The position numbers and the translations under genes are program-made. From Eledone cirrhosa (lineage: Eukaryota), in the NCBI GenBank assembly GCA_964016885.1, contig OZ024740.1:124868001-124932000 (forward strand): a DNA stretch of 64,000 nt, read 5' to 3'. Below the pieces are notes generated by a model. It was given only the letters and a program-made list of their open reading frames with translations. It made no database searches and had not been told where the DNA came from. Shown piece after piece: positions 55,523-64,000 of this stretch. The first letter of the stretch is position 1; every line of letters begins with the position of its first letter.

Positions 55523-57058
55523 AAATATAAGAACAAAAGATGGTTAAAGGAGTTCCATGTATTTTATTATGCGCATTTCAAAAACAAACATCATCATGCA
55601 ATAATATTTGTGTTTTCATCAGATAAAACAGGAGGACATGATATGAAGGCTAAAAAACACTTGTGGATAGTGCAGTTTTAAATCAACATATGAGAAGTAG
55701 TTTTAGATTGATGTGTGATATTGGGAAAAATATTTTATTTAGAGGGGGGGGGTTGGAAAGGATGAAAAAAAGAGGAGGAGATGAGAGTGAAGGTGGAGAG
55801 GGAGGAATATAATGAGGAAGGATGAGATAGGAGGAGAGATGGGTGATAGAGAGAGAGAGATAGTTTTTATAACTGAGAAAGATATATTGTTTTACATAGA
55901 GCGGTTGAAAACCGTTGGAAGATAATGTATAAATTAAAAGAATTTGAAAATTAACGAAGGGAAAAATATGTGCGAAGAAGGAGAGGGAGTTAATGTGTAT
56001 TGAGAATAATGAGTTTGATGATAGAGAGAAGAGAATAATGAATTGCGGATGAATATTCTAACGTCAAATAATATGTATATGTTTACGAAGGATTTTTATA
56101 AGGTGATATAAATTTTGAATGTGTTGTATTATGTAATAATTGATTCTATGTTAGGCAAGAGTGAGAAAAGGTACAGATTAGGGGTTAGATATTAGAGGAG
56201 AGGAAAAGGAAGTGATAAATATGGGTGGTGTAGTAAGAGTCTACAAGTATTATGGAAATTTGAAAATTAACGAAGAGAAAACAAAAATGTAAAGTTAAGG
56301 TTTGTATATTGAAGGATTTGAGAAAAATAATGTGAAGTTAAGGTTTGTATATTGAAGGAATTGACAATATGTGCGAAGAAAAAGAAAATGTTAATATGTT
56401 TTGAAAATGAGTTAGATGATAGGGAGAAAAAAATAATGAATTAAGGATGAATAATCTGGCGTCAAAACAAATGTATATGTTTACGAAGGATTTTACAAGC
56501 TGAAATAGAGTAAGGGTAATGAGTAAACAAGTATTATAGAGTGTATAATACCCTTTGAAATAAGGTAGGAAGATGGGTATATTTTAAAAAGAGGTGTATG
56601 TATATGTGCCTTTGAGAAAAAGATTCTAAATTGATAAAGAATTGAATATTAGCTGTATACTTTGTGAAATGTTTTATGGAATTTATGCAAGCAGATAGAA
56701 AACAAGTCAGTTCGTCTATTTATTATAGAATCTAGAAAAGAGATAATGGTAAATTTTTCATTTAGGCAAAGATTGCAGATTTTAGATAGAGAACTGTTCA
56801 AGCATGGAGACGCAGAAGAAACCTTCTTTCAAAAGATGGTATATTTAATGTTTTTGTCTTTCAAGGACCATATGAGTTCTGAGAGAGCCGTGTTGGTTCT
56901 TTTAAGTTTGTATTTAAAAGATGAATGATGATTATAGAGACGAGCTTTAAAAGAGGTGGAAGTGGAGCCAAAATAGGTGAAGGAATTGGTGTTAGTTATA
57001 ACTTTACATTCATAAATTAAGTTTTTATCAAGACAATGGTTGTCTTTTGTTCTTATAT
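55520..57058 (-). mobile_element. Heavily 5'-truncated Penelope-like element (GIY-YIG only, ~56700-57045), not shown in the ORF track
   Basis: Minus-strand translation NHCLDKNLIYECKVITNTNSFTYFGSTSTSFKARLYNHHSSF..TALSELIWSLKDK..CNLCLNEK. HHR near the 3' end and a 16-bp inverted terminus. Confidence 0.82.
55561..55629 (-). ncRNA. Type I hammerhead ribozyme
   Basis: GUUUUAU-CUGAUGA-AAACACAAAUA..UGUUUGUUUUU-GAAA-UGCGCAU-A-AUAAAAU. Palindromic stem III AUGCGCAU, AUA site. Confidence 0.8.
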
Positions 57059-57149
57059 ATTATGTATACTCCAGTCCTACAAACTGTAGAGTGCTTCTTA
57101 TCCGATATCTGCATTGCTTTATTGTACTACAATAAAACTCACCTCCTAC

Positions 57150-57213
<64 letters not shown>

Positions 57214-57215
57214 AT

Positions 57216-57552
57216 GAAGGCACATGGCTTAGTGTTTAGAGCATTGGCCTTGCAATCGAAAGGTTGTGAGTTCAATTCTCAGAGCAGGTGATGTGTTGTT
57301 TCCTTGAGCAAGACACTTTATTTCACATTGCTCCAGTTTACTCAGCTGTAGAAATGAGATGATAGGGACTGAGGTCCATCTCATTCCACTGCAAAGTGGT
57401 CGTGGAGGTGCCACGGCAAAAAGCACCCAACACTCACTGTAAATGAGGTTGGTGTTAGGAAGGGCATCCAGCTGTAGAAATCAAGCCAGAATCAGTTCCC
57501 TTCACACCCTTGCAAGCAGGGAAAAAGCGGACGTAAAATGAAGAAAATGATA
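57216..57552 (+). mobile_element. tRNA-derived SINE with RTE-derived 3' tail
   Basis: tRNA-like head and CCTTGAGCAAGACAC body, then AGGAAGGGCATCCAGC..GGACGTAAA shared with the RTE 3' UTR. Confidence 0.78.
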
Positions 57553-57575
57553 TATTATATATATATATGTATATG

Positions 57576-57664
<89 letters not shown>

Positions 57665-57749
57665 GTGTATATGTATATATATATGTATATGTATATATAT
57701 GTATATGTATATGTATATATGTATATGTATATATATATGTATATATATG

Positions 57750-57780
<31 letters not shown>

Positions 57781-57799
57781 GTATATATATATGTATATA

Positions 57800-59180
57800 C
57801 AGTGCCCCTCAAAAGTTTACAAAACATTAGGAAAAATGCGGTTTTAGGTATTTTTAATAAAGTTAGGTTAATGAAAATTTAACTAATGATAGAACATATA
57901 ATGAGGCATTTAATGATACAATCATATTTTTTTTTAAATAACAAGGAAATAACTCATGAAGAAAAATCAATATTTTTATAACGCAAAAGTTTACAACACA
58001 TTTTATATTTATCGCTTTTTTTCAAGAAAATTTTTAAATTTTCAGATTTAAAATTCAGTAGAATGATCTAGATTAGGTTTAAGGTAACTTCTAAGGACTA
58101 TTAAAAACATTACGTCATTATTTGTCTGACAACCATCCTGTAAACATTGATAACCATCCTGTAAACATTAACAATATGGGGAAAAATAAACTGATTGATC
58201 AAGACCTCCGTAAAAGCATTGTAGACCTTCATACAAATGGTGTTTGTTATAGAAAGATATCTTGTCACTTAAATGTGCCATTGAGTTCAGTTGGTACTAT
58301 AATTCGTCACTGGAAATCTCATCATTCCATCTGTCCTCTAATTAGTTCTGGTCGTCCTAGAAAGATAACGGAACGTGCAGCTCGGTTATTGATGAGAAAG
58401 TTTGGCAACAAACCCCGGTGTACTCTTTAGAATCTTCAGGATGACCTAGAAGAAAGTGGAGTAAAAGTGAGCACAGATACAATTAGTCGTTCACTTCGTC
58501 GATATAATATCTTCTCGAGGTCTCCAAGGAAAACACCACTTCTTACGGGGAAACACGTTCTTCGTCGATTAAACTTAGCAAATGAGCATCTCATCAAACC
58601 TGCGTCATTTTGGGAAGATGTACTTTAGTCGGACGAAACAAAAATTGAACATTTTGGTCGAAATGCTGTGGCAAAAGTCTGGAGAAAGTAAAGTACTGAA
58701 TATTCGCCGAAGAATACTACTCCAACTGTAAAATTTGGAGGTGGATCAATCATGGTCTGGGTTTGCTTTAGTGCCACAGGTGTAGGAAATATTGAAATAA
58801 TAGAAAGAAGAATGGGTGGCGCTTATTATAGAAGTATTTTGCAAAGGAATTTACATCAAAGTGCACATTCTCTCAGCTTAAAGCCAGGTTGGTTTTTTCA
58901 ACAAGATAACGATCCAAAGCATACTGCAAAACTAACACAATCTTGGTTAAGTACGAATGGAATAAATGTTCTAAAATGGCCAAGTCAGCCTCCAGATCTT
59001 AACCCGATCGAAAATTTGTGGAGAGAACTGAAACTCAGAATTCAAAAAATGAAACCCCAAAATAACTCTGAACTAAAGAAAATTTGTTGTGAAGAATGGA
59101 AAAATATTAGCCAAGAAACATGCAAGAAGTTTGTAGGAGGCTACTCCAAACGCCTACAGACTATAATTAGCAACAAAGGA
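57800..59180 (+). mobile_element. Tc1-family DNA transposon, left end present, right end missing; transposase 58176-59180 with stops
   Basis: TA-CAGTG start. Paired-like HTH, GRPRK, (W>stop)SDETK, GGGSIMVW, QQDNDPKH, PDLNPIENLW (DD34E type). Confidence 0.92.
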
Positions 59181-59762
59181 AGAAATAAGAAAAACAGAGG
59201 AAAGCAACAGAGACATATTAAATCAACAGACAGATAGAAAAACTGAAGAGAGAGAAATGTTATATATAGAGAGAGGGAGATTATGAAAACTTTACGTCAT
59301 GTCATGTTAAGTTGAGTTAACAATTCATATGAAATGAATAATAAAAATATAAATATTAATATTCATGAATGGGACATCGATATATAATATGAGAAATTAA
59401 ACATTGTTTAATAATGACTATATGTTTAGCTTAAACCTTGAGATCAATATACCAAAATTTGGGTTTAATCTCCAAAATGTACACGTTGCTAGAGAATAGT
59501 ATCTCAGGCAAAGACACACAAATATATATATATATTGGTAAACGGAATAGAAAATGCTGACAAATTGTTCACAGTTGAAAAATGGTTTAATTAGGAATAA
59601 AAGAGTATTAGTAATTGTATGGGTTAGTATTCAGTTGTGGTTTTAAATTTTTAAGTTTTTAAGTTTTTACCGGTTGCGCATTTCTAAATGCTTTTCAAAA
59701 ATAATTTTGAGATAGAGTGTCCGTGCTGTTTGCTCTGATCTGATTAGTTTTGGGAATTCTAT

Positions 59763-60010
59763 CTGTTTTTATGTTAAAAAAGTGGCTCCAGCGTTATTTT
59801 TGTGTTGCAAAAATTCTTGTGGTCAAAACAATTTTGATTGGTCGGTAGAGGTCATGTGAATGTAAAAAGTTGATTTTGCGCCAAGACTGTTTTTATGTTA
59901 AAAAAGTGGCTCCAGCGCTACTTGGTGTTTGCAAAAATTCTTGTGGTCAAAACAATTTTGATTGGTCGGTAGAGGTCATGTGAATAAAAAATTGATTTTG
60001 CGCCAAGACT
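59763..60010. repeat. Two tandem ~124-bp units inside the PLE 3' UTR (mirrored at ~63163-63410)
   Basis: CTGTTTTTATGTTAAAAAAGTGGCTCCAGCG...TTGATTTTGCGCCAAGA occurs twice. Confidence 0.85.
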
Positions 60011-60129
60011 GAGAAATGACGCTTTCACAAGAAATAAGTGTGTGTGTGTGTGTGTGTGTGTAGTAGTAGTAAGGTGTTCGATGTTGTGATAATGGTTAGC
60101 AGGGATGTGTGTCAAATGGTTATTAAGAT

Positions 60130-60190
<61 letters not shown>

Positions 60191-60514
60191 GCAGAGTAAT
60201 TCGTGGTAGCAGGGATGGTCAGTAGAAATGTGTCTGTAAGCAGTGGGGGGTATTTTAGCATGTCAAAAGATATTTTTCAGCTTTTGTCTTATACGGAGAA
60301 GTGTGTGTGTGTGTGTGTGTGTATAAGTCTCTTTGTATGTTAATGTACGCGTGTGTATATATGTGTGTGTGTGAGAATGTGTGTGTGTATGTGTGGGTGG
60401 ACCAGTATTTTTTCCCCCTGGTAAAATGGTGTACATTATCCGATTTTTTCAGTAAAATCGGTTCTCTTAATAGAACATCAAAAATCTTAACAATAAAAGG
60501 TGTGAAATAATATT

Positions 60515-60593
<79 letters not shown>

Positions 60594-60762
60594 TTCACAA
60601 CATACATATACATACATATACATACATATATATATAGACATATATTTTTTTGTGTTGCACCATAGAGCATGTGTGTTTACGTATGTAATTGTGTTTATAT
60701 GTGGGTAGAGATGTGTGCTGATGTAGGTATGTATGTTGACGTGTGTATGTTGTGGGTTCGTC

Positions 60763-62236
60763 TTAGTGAGAAGTGTTTAGACGGGGTCCGTATTTGTTAA
60801 TGAAGTAAGATTCCTTGCTGCTGCGCTGTGTGTGGGTGGCATTATCTTTAAATTTGTAGAGGGGAAAGATTCTGAAGTTGGGATGATTTTGGGCGGCACA
60901 GGTATCAATGTGTTCACTCAGTGGTATTTTCCTGTATTCTCGTATTTTAATTTTGGATCTATGGACAGTCATGCGTTAGCGGAGGCTGTTTTTGGTCTGG
61001 CCTATGTATTGTTCTCGACAACCTGAGCAAGTTAATACATATATTATATTTTCCGATGCACATGTGAAATTGTGTTTTACTATAAAACGTTGTCCTTCTT
61101 TGAAATAGAATTCCGAACCCTCTATTAGGTTGATGCAAATGCCACAGTTGGGTCTATCTCATTTTTTTTACTGTGGGTTTCGTTGTTGTGGTTGGCAGTA
61201 CTTTGGCATGTGTTAGGATGTTTTTCATTGACTTGGATTGTCTTTTGCTCTTTATGATATCGTGTGTTCGTAGGATTTGGTTCATTCTATGGTCCTTTTT
61301 CAACACAGGGATGTTCTGGAGGATGGTGTCAAAGGCCTCATTGTTGAGGGGTTTGTGTGTGGAGATGTATGGAAGAGCTTTTAGTTTCAGTTGATTTACT
61401 TTAGGGTGTGTATGGTCCTGGGTACTGAGTTTTAGGGCACGTTGGATTCCATTGTCAATTAGTGATGCAGGGTAGTCCCTGCCTATGAGTGTGTCCATTA
61501 ATTCTTGTAGCCGTAAGTAGCAGGTGTTTTTATTGGAGACTATAGTACAGATTGTCTTGGCTAAGTTGTAGGGAATATTAATTTTAACGTGTCTAGGGTG
61601 GCAAGAGTTGAAAGGAAGTTATTGCTTGGAGTCTGGGGGCTTGTAGTATATGTCTGTTTCTATTTTTTTGTTATGGATCTTAATGAGGATGTCGAGGAAG
61701 GGGAGTTGTTGATGGCTGTATTCCATCGTGAAGTTAATATTCGTGTTGAGCCCATTTATAAGGGTGTGAAATTCTTTAAGTTTCTCGATGTTTTCGTGCC
61801 AAAGGATGAAGCAGTCATCTAGATATCGCTTCCAGTTCCTTTCAATGTGTAAGTGGAGGGTGTTTCCAAATTTGTTTAGGACTTTAGTGTAGAGGGTGAT
61901 TTCCAGGTATCCCATGACTAGGTTGGCATAAGTGGGGGCTGTTTTCGTTCCCATAGCGGTCCCAGGTTTCTGCCTGTAGGGTTTGTTATTGAAAACGAAG
62001 TAATTGTTCTCCAAGATAAATTTGAGTCCCTCTATCACGAATTCTTTTTTGATGCGTTGTGGGAGTTCATTGTGGAAATTATCCAGCCAGAATTGGATAG
62101 CTTCTATTCCTAGGTTGTGGAGGATGTTGGAGTATGGGTTGACTACATCGAACCTCACTAGTAGGGTTTGTTCAGAAAGTGGCATATTAGGGAGGTGATT
62201 GAGCATATCTAGGTCGTCCCTTATATAGCTTTTGAT
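60763..62236 (-). pseudogene. PLE RT plus GIY-YIG ORF, disrupted
   Basis: ORF pieces 61619-62245, 61154-61498 and 60763-60972, separated by stops and frameshifts. Confidence 0.88.
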
Positions 62237-62720
62237 GTAAAACACAATTTCACATGTGCATCGGAAAATCTAATATATGTATTAACTTGCTCAGGTTGTC
62301 GAGAACAATACATAGACCAGACCAAAAACAGCCTTCGCCAACGCATGACTGTCCATAGATCCCAAATTAAAATACGGGAATACAGAAAATACCACTGAGT
62401 GAACATATTGATACCTGTGCCGCCCAAAATCATCCCAACTTCAGAATCTTTCCCCTCTACAAATTTAAAGATAATGCCACCCACACCCAGCGCAGCAGCA
62501 AGGAATCTTACTTCATTAACAAATACGGACCCCGTCTAAACACTTCTCACTAAGACGAACCCACAACATACACACGTCAACATACATACCTACATCAGCA
62601 CACATCTCTACCCACATATAAACACAATGACATACGTAAACACACATGCTCTATGGGGTAACACAAAAAAATATATGTGTATATATATCTATGTATGTAT
62701 ATGTATGTATGTATATGTAG

Positions 62721-62788
<68 letters not shown>

Positions 62789-64000
62789 ATATCATTTCAC
62801 ACCTTTTATTGTTAAGATTTTTGATGTTCTATTAAGAGAACCGATTTTACTGAAAAAATCGAATAATGTACACCATTTTACCAGGGGGAAAAAAATACTG
62901 GTCCACCCACACACACACACACACATATATATATACACACACACACACATACACACGCGTACATTAACATACAAAGATACTTATACACACACACACTCAC
63001 ACACACTTCTCCGTATAAGACAAAAGCTGAAAAATATCTTTTGACATGCTAAAATACCCCCCACTGCTTACAGACACATTTCTACTGACCATCCCTGATA
63101 CCACGAATTACTCTGCTATATACACACACACACACATATTTGTTGTGAAAGAGTCATTTCTCAGTCTTGGCGCAAAATCAATTTTTTATTCACATGACCT
63201 CTACCGACCAATCAAAATTGTTTTGAGCACAAGAATTTTTGCAAACACCAAGTAGCGCTGGAGCCACTTTGTTAACATAAAAACAGTCTTGGCGCAAAAT
63301 CAATTTCTTACACTCACATGACCTCTACCGACCAATCAAAATTGTTTTGACCACAAGAATTTTTGCAACACCAAAGTAGCGCTGGGGCCACTTTGTTAAC
63401 ATAAAAACAGGTAGAATTCCCAAAGCTAATCTGATCAGAGCAAACAACACGGACACTCTATCTCAAAATTATTTTTGAAAAGCATTTAGAAATTCGCAAC
63501 CGGTAAAAACTTAAAAGCTTAAAACCACAACTGAATAGGAACCCATACAATTACTAATACTCTTTTATTCCTAATTAAACCATTTTTCAACTGTGAACAA
63601 TTTGTCAGCATTTTCTATTCCGTTTACCAATATATAATAACTTGTGTGTTACACCTCTATTCTTTTAACTTTATCTATATATATACACGCACGTCCTGAA
63701 AATAGAGATTATATTTACTCAAGTCAACAATATAGACAAATAAAGCGCAGACGATTTCTTTTAATCACTGCTATACATTCCTTGTTTTATAAAAGGTTCA
63801 CAGTATACATACACATAAATATATACGATTAACATTCATGACTTCATATATATGGTTATCATTCATGCATTTAACATTTCTGCAATCCAAACTGCGTGGT
63901 TATGCAAACTAACCTTTACCCACACATATACATACACACACATATATATATATACACCTATATATGTATAAATAAATATCTGCGTGCGTCATCAGGCATC

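Larger units (their letters stand above)
59530..63636 (-). mobile_element. Penelope-like element (Neptune-like Cys linker), 5'-truncated, with ~1.4-1.5-kb inverted arm
   Basis: FDVVNPYSNI, GTAMGTKTAPTYANL, RYLDD, LPFLDI, YYKPPDS, FTCASENIIYVLTCSGC..YIGQT. Arms are ~59530-61080 and 62237-63636. The outer boundary is uncertain. Confidence 0.9.

Noticed and set aside
63860-64000. Possible minus-strand hammerhead (GATGC-CTGATGA...GAAA..GCAT)
   Set aside because: No valid stem III or NUH triplet after GAAA, and the sequence is cut by the window edge.

Overview
AT-rich animal genomic DNA, probably cephalopod (octopus-like) judging by the repeat families; this is inference. No host protein-coding exon can be supported, and most ORFs in the track are artefacts of (TA)n/(CA)n microsatellites. 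The window is a nest of retroelements, mostly inserted in (TA)n tracts. It holds five Penelope-like elements (PLEs) with RT and/or GIY-YIG coding sequence plus UTR-only PLE remnants, RTE, CR1-type and R4/Dong-type LINE fragments, tRNA-derived SINEs and one decayed Tc1 transposon. The main hidden signal is non-coding: 14 full-fold type I hammerhead ribozyme (HHR) motifs read directly from the sequence, two of them core-mutated, plus decayed remnants. Eight lie in a ~420-bp (one ~474-bp) non-coding tandem-repeat family at three loci, which fits a non-LTR retrozyme and also carries a conserved octamer-containing block. One copy is fused head-to-head to a GIY-YIG PLE, suggesting which autonomous element mobilises it. 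The PLE-borne HHRs include a U4C core variant and one with a ~115-nt stem II. Each family has a different palindromic stem III. Nearly every PLE or retrozyme insertion is a head-to-head inversion, with arms from 16 bp to ~2.9 kb.
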